Made by a program: the position numbers and the translations under genes
Shown: piece by piece, positions 24,373-36,039 of the stretch
Layout: each line of letters opens with the position of its first letter
Numbering within the stretch: the stretch's first letter is position 1
Assembly (NCBI RefSeq): GCF_963921235.1
Contig: NC_086097.1
Span: 245,150,001-245,214,000 of the forward strand
Direction of reading: 5' to 3'
Length of the DNA: 64,000 nt
From: Mobula hypostoma
Lineage: Eukaryota
The notes under the pieces: generated by a model
Told to the model about the DNA's origin: nothing
What the model saw: only the letters and a program-made list of their open reading frames with translations
Database searches by the model: none

Positions 24373-24699
24373 CAAAAAAATGTCTTAGCAGGAAGAAAAA
24401 TTGAGGAATATTACCAACAGCTTAACCAAGAAGCTTGATTTTAAGGAGGATTTTAAAGAAGAGGAAAGAGACACGGGTTCTGGGAAGGAATTTGAACTTA
24501 GATTTGCAATAGCTAGTGGAACAAATACCAGAAGGGAAGGAATTTCAAACTGAGATTGCCTAACAGATCAGAAATGATATTTTCACCAGTAAGGCCTGGA
24601 GGTTACTACTGGAAATGGATAGAGGGAGGGGCATGGAATGAAGATAAAACAAAGGATAGAATTTTAGGATTGAAGTGAAGATAAATCTGGAATTGATGT

Positions 24700-25210
24700 A
24701 GAGCTATAGAAAAGTATAGCACAGAAACAGGCCTTGGCCCATCTAATCCATGCCAAAACTATTTAAATTATCTACTACCTGCATCGGGACCATAGCCCAT
24801 GGACCTACCCATACTTTGCTTAAATGTTGAAATTGAGCTCGTATGCACCACTTGCGTTGGAAGCTCGTTTCACACTCTCGTGATCTTCTGCCCCCCCAAA
24901 ACTTTTCACCTTTCATCCTTAACCCATGACCTCTGGTTGTAGTCCCACCCAACCTCAGTGGAAAAAGTCCACTTCCATTTACCCTCTCTATACCACTCGT
25001 AATTTTGTACACCTCTATCAAATCTCCCCGCAATCTTCTATGTTCCAAGGAATAAAGTCCTAACCTATTCAATCTTTCCTTTTAACTCAGGTCCTCCAGA
25101 CCCGGCAACATCCTTGTAAATTTTCCCTGTATGCTTTCAACCTTATTTACATCTTTCCTAGAGGAAGGTGACCAAAACTGTGCACAATACTCCAAATTAG
25201 GCTTTACCAA
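24700..25210 (-). mobile_element. CR1 3' fragment
   Basis: ORF 24743..25072 RLGLYSLEHRRLRGDLIEVYKI. Confidence 0.85.
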
Positions 25211-25394
25211 TAGGTTAGCAAGCGAGCAGGATGCATAGGACTTGATGTGAATTGGACATGGGCACTAAGATTTTCAATCAGATTAGCTTTCTGTAGTGAA
25301 TATATCTGCCACCATCTATTATTAGAAGATAAAATTCACCATTGTCTCTAATGTATTTGAAGGGCAAGGTTTCAAACCTGTTCACACACACATC

Positions 25395-26235
25395 TTTTCC
25401 TCCCTTTCACTTTCTGCTTTCCACAGGGATCGCTCCCTACACAACTCCCTTGACATCCCTCCCCACTGATCTCCCTCCTGGCACTTACCCTTGCAAGCGG
25501 AACAAGTGCTACACCTGTCCCTACACCTCCTCCCTCACCACTATTCAGGCCCCAAACAGTCTTCCCAAACTTCAGCTATGAATCTGTATCCAATATCAGT
25601 GAGACCCAATGTAGATTGGGAGATTGCTTCACCAAGCACCTGGGTGGCTACTGGGACTTCCCGTTAGGGAAAGCGGGATCTCCCAGTGGCTGCCCATTTT
25701 ATTTCCACTTCCCGTTCATATTCTGACATGTCAGTCCATGGCATCCTCTACTATTGTGATGAGGCCACACTCAGGTTGGAGGAGCTACACCTTATATTCC
25801 ATCTGGTTAGCCTTCAACATGGCAAGAAGATTGATTTCTCAAACTTGTGGTAATGCCCCTGTTCCCTCCTCTCCTTCACCATTCCCCATTCTCATTTCCC
25901 TCTCTCACCTTATCTGCTTACCTGGCCATCATCTCCCTCTGGTGCTCCACCCCCTTTTCTTCCTTCCATGGTCCTCTGTCCTCTCCTATCAGATTCACCC
26001 TTCTTCAGCCCTGTATCTTTCACCAATCAGCTTCCCAGCTCTTTATCTCAGCCCCCCACCTTGTTTCACCGATCAACTTGTGTTTCTATCTCCCCTCCCC
26101 CCACCTTATTACTCTACTCCTCGTTCTTTTCTCTCCAGTCCTGATGAAGGGTCTCGGCCCGAAACGTCAACAGGACTCTTTTCCATAGATGCTACCTGGC
26201 TTGTTGAGTTCCTCCAGCATTGTGTGTGTATTGCA
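25395..26235 (+). mobile_element. Penelope-like element (Neptune-type) 3' part: GIY-YIG remnant and hammerhead-bearing terminal repeat
   Basis: PGTYPCKRNKCYTCPYTSS (Cys motif upstream of GIY-YIG) and ETQCRLGDCFTKHL; hammerhead cagtcCTGATGAagggtctcggcccGAAAcgtc at ~26136-26168. Confidence 0.85.
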
Positions 26236-26299
26236 GAACTCATGGTCTGCTAGGGAACTGTGTTCTAAACTGTTCTATATTTGGAAGTAATTCGGAAGA

Positions 26300-26770
26300 T
26301 GTGTAGCTTGGGTGGTTGATGGTTGGGTTAAGTTGCTCACCCATCTTGGCAATTTACTTACAAACATTTCATCACCACGTGAGGAGACACCATCAGTGCG
26401 CTGTTGATTGAGGTGTGTCGTCCGAATGCCTGGCCTTTAAATACTTTTCAATTGAACGTTGTTTCAGAAACTCAGTTACAACGTGGGGAGGAAATCTCAT
26501 TGCTGATTGGCCATGTGGCAAACTTCATGCACTGTGGTCCGGAATGTTGCCCGCGTCGGCTCATAAATAAGAACGTGTTTGTTCACAGAATTGTTTGTGG
26601 AAAGCCACGCTTCCAGGAGTTCCCTTGTTTGCTTACACCATGACTTTCACTGATGTCCCAGTTGAATTTGTGCCCCTCTCGATCTCCGTGGGTGGTGACC
26701 AGGGAGAGTTGGTTGTACCGCTTCACGGCCAGTTGGTGGTCATGGATCCTTGCGGACAGTTTTCTCACAG
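26300..26770 (-). mobile_element. Penelope-like element (Poseidon-type) 3' fragment
   Basis: RKLSARIHDHQLAVKRYNQLSLVTTHGDREGHKFNWD (GIY-YIG C-terminus); degenerate hammerhead ctgatgg..gtctcctcacgtggtgat..gaaatgt at ~26364-26398. Confidence 0.75.
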
Positions 26771-26859
26771 TTTTTGAGTCAAAAGGGAACTCAATTCACT
26801 GGAAAGATATCACAGGTTCTGCCTCTGCAAAAATTCCAAATCTAATGGATGGATAAGCA

Positions 26860-27372
26860 AAGTTCAACGTAAATTTATTATCAAAGTACATATATGTCAC
26901 CACATACAACCCTGAGATTCATTTTCTTGCGGGCATTCTCAGTAGAACAAAGACATACAACAGAATCAATGAAAACTACACACAAAGACTGACAACCAAT
27001 GTGCAAGACAAAACTGTCAAATACGAGAGACCCCAGTAATAATAATAAATAAATAAATAGTAAATAAATAATACTGAGACATGAGTTGTAGAATCCTTGA
27101 AACTTAGTCCATGGATTGTGGAATCAATTCAGTGCTGAGGTGAGCGAAGTTATCCACTCTGGTTCAGGAGCCTGATGGTTGAAGGGTAGTAACTGTTCCT
27201 GAATCTGGTGCTGTGGGATCTAAGGCTCCTGTACCTCCTTCTCGATAGTGAGAAGAGAGCATGGCCTGGATGGTGGAGTTTCTTGATGGTGCTGCTCCAT
27301 GTAGATGTGCTCAATGGTGGGGAGGGCTTTTCCTGTGATGGACTGGGCAGAACCCACCACTTTTAGTAGGCT
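26860..27372 (-). mobile_element. Rex1/Babar 3' fragment
   Basis: KVVGSAQSITGKALPTIEHIY; shared 3'UTR. Confidence 0.7.
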
Positions 27373-27374
27373 TT

Positions 27375-27720
27375 TAGAACACAGAAGAGTGCAGCACAGG
27401 AACAGGCTACAATGTTGTGCCAAACCATCTAAAAATCAAATTAAAAATACCCAAACACTAATCCTTTCTACTTTCACCATGTCCATATCCCTTCATCCTC
27501 CTTACATCCAAGTGCCTATCCAAATGTCTCTTAAAAGCCTCCAATGTATTTGCCTCTACCACCATACTGGGCAGCACATTCCAGTCATCCCATGACTCTC
27601 CGAGTAAAAAACTTACCCTCACATCCCCCTTGAACCTATCCCTTCTCATCTTCAATGCATGCCCTCTGGTAATAGATTATTCAAACTTGGGAGACTCTTT
27701 GTCCACTCTATCTGTGCCTT
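27375..27720 (-). mobile_element. CR1 3' fragment
   Basis: WNVLPSMVVEANTLEAFKRHLD. Confidence 0.75.
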
Positions 27721-28302
27721 TCAGCATCAGATCAGGCCCAGGCTTATGTCACAGCAGCAATGGTCCAGGGATACACCATTTGATCCATCACCAGCTGGAG
27801 GCTCGCTCAGCAGCCTCTGTGACGGTCCTGATGGCTCTTTTCTTTGCAGCCCCTGTAATACCAAGGTGAATTACTGCTGCAGTGTGAGTAGAAAGCAAAA
27901 CCTCGATAGGCTCGCACAGTGTCCTCCATCCCCGTCTCTGATAAGTCCTGAAGACGGGTCTTGGTTCAAAATGTCAACTGTCCATTTCCTTCCACAGACG
28001 CTGCCTGACCTGCTGAGCTCCTCCAGCATGTTGTGAATTGTGATGGAATCCTGCCGACTGGCACACTCCAGGCTGCAGGCATTCGTGCTGAGGGCCACAC
28101 TGAAACTTAGTGCAGACACCACAAGGACTCAGTGGGAAGAGCCACAGTATAGGGTTCGTCCGCTGCTGGAGAGGTAGGGGCCAGGCTGGGTGATGAAGTT
28201 CCTCCTATTGGTTTTAAGAAATGTAATAGGAACAGTACTGAAAGTATTGACTATGAATGTAAGAATGAAAGAGATTGCATGGTTTATTCTGTAAATATGT
28301 TA

Positions 28303-28640
28303 AACATAGAAAACCTACAGCACAATACAGGCCCTTCGGCCCACAAAGTGGTGCTGAACATGTCCCTACCTTATAAATTACTAGGCTTACCCATAGCTCT
28401 CTATTTTTCGAAGCTCCATGTACCTGTCCAAAAGTCTCTTAAAAGACCCTATCGTATCTGCCTCCACCACCATTGCCGGCAGCCTATTCCCACACACACC
28501 ACTCTCTACATAAAAAACTTACCCCTGATATCTCCTCTGTACCTTCTCCCAAGCATCTTAAACCTGTGCCCTCTTGTGGTAGCCATTTCAGCCCTGGGAA
28601 AAAGCCTCTGACTATCCACACGATCAATGCCTCTCATCAA
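28303..28640 (-). mobile_element. CR1 family C 3' end
   Basis: aacatagaaaacctacagcacaatacaggcccttcggccc tail; same family as 49350-50667 and 50941-51208. Confidence 0.8.
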
Positions 28641-28659
28641 TATTCATTATAAATAAAGT

Positions 28660-30295
28660 TAATTTCAAAGTTCAAATTAAATATATTATCAAAGGTCATA
28701 TAAACGTATAAGATCCTAAAGGGATTGGACAGGCTAGATGCAGGAAGATTGTTCCCGATGTTGGGGAAGTTCAGAACGAGGGGTCACAGTTTGAGGATAG
28801 AGGGGAAGCCTTTTAGGACCGAGATTAGGAAAAACTTCTTCACACAGAGAGTGGTGAATCTGTGGAATTCTCTGCCACAGGAAACTGTTGAGGCCAGCTC
28901 ATTGGCTATGTTTAAGAGGGAGTTAGATATGGCCCTTGTGGCTGCAGGGGTCAGGGGGTATGAAGGGAAGGCTGGGGCGGGGTTCTGAGTTGGATGATCA
29001 GCCAAGATCATAATAAATGGCGGTGCAGGCTCGAAGGGCCGAATGGCCTACTCCTGCACCTATTTTCTATGTTTCTATGTTTCTATGTCACCATGCACAA
29101 CCCTGATATTCATTTCCTTGTGGGCATACTCAATAAATCTACAGAATAATAACTATAAGAGAATCAAAGAAAGACTGCCCAGCTAATACGTTCAACCCAT
29201 GTGCAGAAGACAACAAACTGAGCAAATACAAAAAGAAAGGAATATTAATAAGCAATAAATATTGAGAGCATGAGATGAAGAGTCCTTGAAAGTGAGCCCA
29301 TAGGTTATGGAAACGTTTCAATAATGGGGAAAGTGAAATTGAGTGAAATTAGCCCCTTTGACTAAACAGCCTGATGGTTGAGGGGTAGTAACTCTTCCTG
29401 AACCTGGTGGTGAGAGTCCTGAGGCTCCTGTATCTTCCTCCTGATGGCGACAGTGAGAAGAGAGTATGTCCTGGGAGGTGGGGGTCGCTGATGATGGGTG
29501 CTGTTTTCCTGTGATGTTTCAAGTAGATGGGTTCAATGGTGGGGAGTCTTTACCCGTGATGGACTGGGCCGTATCCACTACTTTTTATAGGATTTTCCAT
29601 TCAAGGGTATTGGTGTTTCTGTTCCAGGCTGTGATGCAGCCAGTCAATATACTCTCCACCACACATCTATAGAAGTAGAGGCATTGGCATACTTTCTTTG
29701 TAACTGCTTTTTGGTGCTGGGCCCAAGTTTGAGGAACTTAAAGTTGCTGCCCCTCCAATGAGGACTGGCTCATGGACCTCTGCTTTCCTTCTCCTGAAGT
29801 CAAAAATCAGCTCCTTGGTCTTGCTGACATTGAGTAAGAGGTTGCTGTGGCACCACTCAATCTCCCTCCTATTTGCTGATTCATCATCACCTTTGATTCA
29901 ACCTACAACAGTGCTGTTGTCTGCAAACTTGAATATGGCACTAAAACTATGCTTGGCCACACAGTCATTAGTGTGAAGCGAGTAGAGCAGGGGGCTAAGC
30001 ACACAGCCTTGTGGTGCACCCGTGCTGATGGAGATTGTGGAGGAGATGTTGTCACCAATCTGGGGTCTGCAAGTGAGGAAATTGAGGATCCAACTGCACA
30101 AGAAGGTTTTGAGGCCAAAGTTATGGAGCTTATTGATTACTTTTGAGGGAATGATGGTATTGAATACTGAGCTGTAGTTGATAAAGAACATCCTGATGTA
30201 TGCATCTTTACTGTCCAGATATTGCAGGGTTGAGTGAAGACCCAATAAGATGGCATCTGCTATGGACCTGTTACTCTTACGGGCAAACATCTTAT
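28660..30295 (-). mobile_element. Rex1/Babar LINE (RT remnant and 3'UTR)
   Basis: [33 protein letters not shown] (ORF 29898..30305). Confidence 0.85.
28703..29087 (+). mobile_element. Young CR1 family A (A1) 3' fragment inside a Rex1 3'UTR
   Basis: Near-identical to 3984-4359; (TTTCTATG)3 tail. Confidence 0.92.
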
Positions 30296-30557
30296 ACAAA
30301 AACAATCAGTGTATTGCTTAAAGAGAAAGAAATGTTAAGCGAAGTTTCCCAGTCACGCCAATATTCTATACTGCCATCTTGTTGTGGAATTCCTGAGTGT
30401 TGTGTGTTTGAGCCATGACTGGCTTTCCAGACGCAGTAAAAATATGCATTCATCTGTGGAGTGTTAAGACTTATTTGGATAAACATTAATTGCTCTGTTT
30501 GATAAAACATTTAATGAAAGAAAAGCATTTATAAAAATATGAACAGTAAAACACTGA

Positions 30558-31105
30558 TCATAAGAACAAAACCATAAGACATAGGAGGAGAATTAGGCCA
30601 TTCAGGCCAACTCTACTATTCAATCATGATTAATTTCTTATCCCTCTCAACACCATCCACCTTCTCCCCATAAGCTTTGACACTCTCACTAATCAAGAAC
30701 CTGTCAACCTCAACTTTAAATATACTCTATGACTTGTCCTCCACAGCCGTCTGTGGCAATGAATTCCACAGATTCTCCACCCTCTGGCTAAAGAAATTCC
30801 TCCTCATCTCTGTTCTAAGGGGACGTTCTTCTATTCTGAGGTTGTGCCCTCTGATCCTAGACTCTCCCACTATAGGAAACATCCTCTCCACATCCACTCT
30901 ATCTTGGCCTTTCAATATTTAATAGGTTTCATTAAGATCCCTGCTCATTCTTTTAAACTCCAGTGAGTACAAGCCCAGAGCTATCAAACACTCCTGGTAC
31001 ATTAACCCTGTCATTCCCGGGATCATTCCTGTGAACCTCCTCTGAACCATCTCCAAAGTCAGCACACCTGTTCTTCGATAAGGGTCCCAAAACGGTACTC
31101 CATGT
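30558..31105 (-). mobile_element. CR1 3' fragment
   Basis: ORFs 30727..30915 and 30919..31131 encode the RT C-terminus. Confidence 0.8.
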
Positions 31106-31309
31106 GCCCAATGTTCATTCCTGAAAAACAACTAAATGTAAGGTAAACCACTGGAAAATTGAAGGATAAAAATGAAAGGTTGTATAACTTTTATTCCCTC
31201 ATTACTTAAATGCAAATTTAAATTTATTTAGGCACATGCACTAGTGTCTCCAGTCTCGGATAATGAATGGATAAATGAATCAATGTGTTGTCCATGATAC
31301 ATGGGCAAA

Positions 31310-33350
31310 CAGAATAGAATTTCGTTTATTTATCACAAGCATTTGTCATGAAATTTGTTGTTATGCAAAACATTAGAATCGCTATTAAGTTACAAAATAA
31401 ATAAATAAATAGCACAAAAGGCAAATAACAAGGTCGTGATCATGGACCATTCAGAACTCTGATGGTGGTGGGGAAAGTTCAGTCAATAAAATGTTGAAAG
31501 TAGTTTTTCAGGCTCCTACACCTCCTCACTGATTGTGATGATGAGAAGAGGACATGCCGCAGATGGTGGGGGTCTTTAATGATGGATGCCACCTTCTTGG
31601 GGCATGGCCTCAGGAAGGCGACCCTGATGGCGGGGCAGATCGTGCACATGATAGAACCAGCTGGGAAGCCTCAATCCTTTGTAGCTTCTTGCGTTCCTGT
31701 CCATTGGAGGCTCCTTACCAGGTAGTGGTACAGCCAGTCCGAATGCTTTCCACTGTATACTATAAAAATTTGCAAGAGTCTTTGGTGACAAACCAAATCT
31801 CTTTAAACTAATGAAGTCGAGCCACTGGCATGTCCTTTTCATGATTACGTCAACATTCATGGCCCAGGACAGATCCTTTGAGAGGCTGATGCCAAGGAAC
31901 TTTAAGCTGCTCACACTTTCCACCGCTGACCCCTCAGTGAGGACTGGTGTGTGAAACCCCAACTTCCTCTTGCTGGAGTCCCTTGGTCTTACTGACGTTG
32001 CGCGCGAGGTTGTTCGAAAACCACCCAACCGGCTGATCTATCTCATTCCCAAAGCCCCTCCTCACCATCTAAGATTCCGCCGCTGATGGTGGTGTTAATG
32101 GTAAATTTATCAATGGTGTTTGAGCTGTGCCCTGCCGGCCTGAGGGTAGTGAGAGGAGAGCAGCGAGTTAAGCTTCCATCCTTGAGGTGCAGCTGTGTTG
32201 ATTAGATTAGATTCAACTTTATTGTCATTGTGCCAAGTACAGATACAAAGCCAATGAAATACAGTTAGCATCTAACCAGAAATGCAAAGAATAGTGTTAT
32301 TTACAAAATAACTGCGAATAAAAAGTAAGTGCTACAGCACACAAATATAAAAGTACTGAGACAGTACAATATGGGTGCAATACTGCTTAGCGCTGTGATG
32401 AGAGGTTCAGCAGTGTCACAGCCTCAGGAAAGAAACTCTTCCTGTGCCTGCTGGTGCGGGAGTGGAGGCTCCTGTAGCGTCTACTGGATGGGAGGAGAGT
32501 AAAAAGTCCATGATTAGGGTGAGATGCATCCTGATAATGCTTTTCGCCCCGCCCAGACAGTGTTTATGATAGATGTTCTCAATGGTGGGCAATTGAGTGC
32601 CGATAATCCGCTGGGCAGTTTTGATCACCCACTGGAGTGCTTTGCGGTCCAATACGGGACAATTGCCACACTGAGATGCAGTTGGTGAGTATGCTCTCAA
32701 TGGTACAGCGGTAAAAGTCCGTCAGTATCCTGGGACAGAGGTGAGCTTTCTTGATGCTCTGCAGGAAATAAAGGCGCTGTTGCGCCTTTTTGATCAGGAT
32801 AGAAGAGTTCAGGGACCAGGTGAGATCCTCAGAAATGTGGACACCAAGGAATTTGAAGCTTGATACACTCTCCACTACAGCTCTGTTGATGTAGATGGGG
32901 ACGTGAGTTGTGGCTCCTAGCATGCCTGAAGTCCACAATGATCTCCTTTGTCTTCTGGGCGTTAAGGGCCAGGTTGTTGTCGGCACACTATGCAGCCAGG
33001 TGCTGGACCTTGTCGCTGTAGGCCATCTCGTCATCCCCTCTGATCAGACCAACCACCGTGGTGTCATCTGCGAACTTGATTATGGAGTTAGAACCATGTA
33101 CAGGAATGCAGTCATAGGTGAAAAGGGAGTTCAGAAGAGGGCTCGGCACACAGCCTTGAGGCACGCTGGTATTCAGGGTGAGAATGGAGTAGGGGAGGTT
33201 GCCTAATTTAACAGATTGGGGGTCTGTTAGTCAGAAAGTCCAAGGTCCAATTGCAGAGGGATTATTACCGATTCACAGTGACTGTGGTCTCCTGATAAGG
33301 AAGTCAAGGATACAGATGCGAAGAGCATACGGAGACCCATGTTTTGAAGC
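31310..33350 (-). mobile_element. Nested Rex1/Babar fragments (younger copy ~32200-33230 with a (CTAAT)n tail)
   Basis: SSFKFLGVHISEDLTWS..KKAQQRLYFL..FYRCTIESILT. Confidence 0.85.
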
Positions 33351-33479
33351 ATGTTGATTAATATTAATGAGTGTGTTACTGAAATCATTGGTTTGCTCTC
33401 AATCAACTTACGATTATAGCAGGTTGGACCAGTCTGCCTAGAATCAGAGAACAATCAGGTTTATTAACACTGATGTCAA

Positions 33480-34145
33480 GATTGGCTGGCGGGTGGAGAT
33501 ATGTCTCTACCAAAGGAGGTGTAAGGTGCTCTCTCTCTCCACTAACCTGCAGGCCACCCTTGGGCAAGGTGTAGCACCTGCTTAACACCTCCCTCCCCCA
33601 GGGTCACATGAAGCTACGGGAGCAGGTGGTGGATGGTCGTATGAGCAGCTGGTGCATATCACAAGTCCTGGTTATGTGACCACTGACACCCACGACCCAC
33701 CCAGCCAACACACTTTTCGTCCCTCTTCCCTCTGGGAGAAGGCTCAGGAGCTTGAAGACTCATACGGCCAGATTTGGGAACCGTTTCTTTCCAACTGTGA
33801 TAAGACTGCTGAACGGATCCTGACCCGGATCTGGGCCGTACCCTCCAAATATCCGGACCTGCCTCTCGGTTTTTTTTTGCACTACCTTACTTTCCATTTT
33901 TCTATTTTCTATTTATGATTTATAATTTAAAGTTTTAATATTTACTAATTTTTACCATTTTTAATATTTAATATTTGTAATCCAGGGAGCAGGAAGCACA
34001 GAATCAAATATCGCTGTGATGATTGTATGTTCTAGTATCAAATGTTTGGCGACAATGAAGTATAAAGTATAAATATGGCCAGGACACCTGTCTTGTAAAG
34101 ACACTGCCCAGAAGAAGGCAATGGCAAACCATTTTTATAGAAAAA
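33480..34145 (+). mobile_element. Non-coding RTE-derived element with a BovB-like 3' end, interrupted by a Rex1 3' end (~33690-34072)
   Basis: aggcaatggcaaaccat (RTE tail motif); the insert matches the 3' end of 59919-60817. Confidence 0.65.
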
Positions 34146-34189
34146 TCTCGAGAAGCAGGTTGTTTTCCAGCAGTACAGTACAGTAAATT

Positions 34190-34602
34190 AGAAAGATTAC
34201 TAAGGGCCTGTACATGCTGGAGTTTAGAAGAATGAGCAGGGATTTCATTGAAATCTATACAATAGTGGATGTGGAGAGGATGATTCTATAGTGAGGGAGT
34301 CCAGGATCAGAAGGCACAGCTTCAGAATAGAGGGATATCCATTTAGGACAGAGATGAGGAGGAATTTCTTTAGCCAGAGAGTGGTGAATCTGTGGAATTG
34401 ATTGCCACAAACTGCTGTGGAGGCCAAATTATAGAGTGTATTTAAGGTGGAGGTTGATTGGTCTTTGATTAATCAGGGTGTCAAAGGTTACAGTGAGAAG
34501 GCAGGAGAATGAGGTGAGAGGGAAAATAAATCAACCATGGTGGAATAGCAGAGCAGAATCAATCAGATGAATCAATTCTGCTCATATAGTCTTAAGGTCT
34601 TA
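34190..34602 (+). mobile_element. CR1 3' fragment
   Basis: FRTEMRRNFFSQRVVNLWN-type sequence and tail. Confidence 0.75.
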
Positions 34603-34829
34603 AAATCTTATAAAAATACTGTTACTTGAGATCTCTCCCCTTCCGTTGCCTGATGAAGGGTCTTGGCCCGAAGTGTTGACTGTTTAATCTTTTCCATAGA
34701 TGCTGCCTGATCTGCTGAGTTCCTCCAGCATGTTGAATGTGTTTCACGTTTGCCTAGGCTGCAGGGATAATTCCACTGAGACTTTCGTCACAATCATTTG
34801 TTAACTGAGCTTAAAATTTAGTTTAACTA

Positions 34830-35652
34830 CACAGTTCGGCACAGCTCAAACACCATCTATAAATTTGCCAATGACACAGAATTTCAGATGGTGACAAGAA
34901 GGAGCACATGAACGAGATCTATCAGCCGGTTGAGTGGCGTCACAACAACAACATTGCACTCGACATCAGTAAGACTAGGGAATTGATTGTGGATGTCAAA
35001 GGAACACATGCCAGTCCTCATCGCGGGATCAGCAGTGGAAAGGCTGAGCAGCTTCAAGTGCCCGTGGGTCGAATATCTGAGGATTTTTCCTGGGCCCAAC
35101 TTATCCAAGGAATGACAAAGAAGGCACGACAGTGGATTTTTTAACTAGGAGTTTGAGGAGGCTTGGTGTGTCACCAAATACTCCAGCAAATTTTTACTAA
35201 TGTACTGTGGGGAGCATTCGAACTGGTTGCATCATCGTCTGACACTGGATCAGAAAAAGATGGAGGAAGTTATAAACACAGTCAGCTCCATTATGAGCAC
35301 TAGCCTCCCCACCATCAAGGGCACCTACAAAAGGCAATACCTCAAAAACGTGGCATCCATTACCAAGGACCCCCATCATCCAGGACATGCTCTCTTGTCA
35401 TTGCTACCATCAGGCAGGAGGTTGAAGACACACGTTCAATATTTTCCTCTCTGCCATCAGAGTTCCAAACAGACAATGAGCCAACCAACACCACCTCATT
35501 ATTTTTTCATCTCTTTATGCACAACCTATTTAATTTAATGTTTTATAGATATTTGTTAATGCAATCTATAGTTATTTATTATGTATCGTAATGTACTGCT
35601 GCTGCAACACATTTCACACCATATGCCAGTGATATTAAACCTGATTCTGATC
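34830..35652 (+). mobile_element. Rex1/Babar 3' fragment
   Basis: KDPHHPGHALLSLLPSGRR; aaacctgattctga tail. Confidence 0.75.
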
Positions 35653-36039
35653 CTGGTTGTGCTTTCTAGTTAACAAATTTTTGAATTAACTAAAAGCCTT
35701 TTCATTTGTCAATTGTCCTCAGACTCATATCTTATAGAGGGTGCTGGAATTCCGGAAATATGTTCATTGCTGAAGTCAGAAGTCAACGTGATCTGCCCCA
35801 TTGATTGCTCCTTCGTGAAAGATAAATATTTGGGTACAGAACTCTCTTACGAAAGTAAGAAAGCAATCACACCACAGCACCATGAGCTCTCACTTTTACT
35901 AAATCAAAGTGGAAAAGTTAGAAATACTCATTCTGAACACTTGGGATCTACATGCGCTCCAAGTAGAATACTCCGGAATAAAGGGAATCACTTTACGTGT
36001 ACCTAAGAATATAGTACTGTAGTACTGCATTGCATTAAG

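Noticed and set aside
25624..26253. 209-aa ORF (also 56251..56736)
   Set aside because: Low-complexity pyrimidine-rich read-through of the PLE 3' region
35738..35760. GAGIPEI resembling the CLC channel GSGIPE motif
   Set aside because: The surrounding residues do not match CLC proteins
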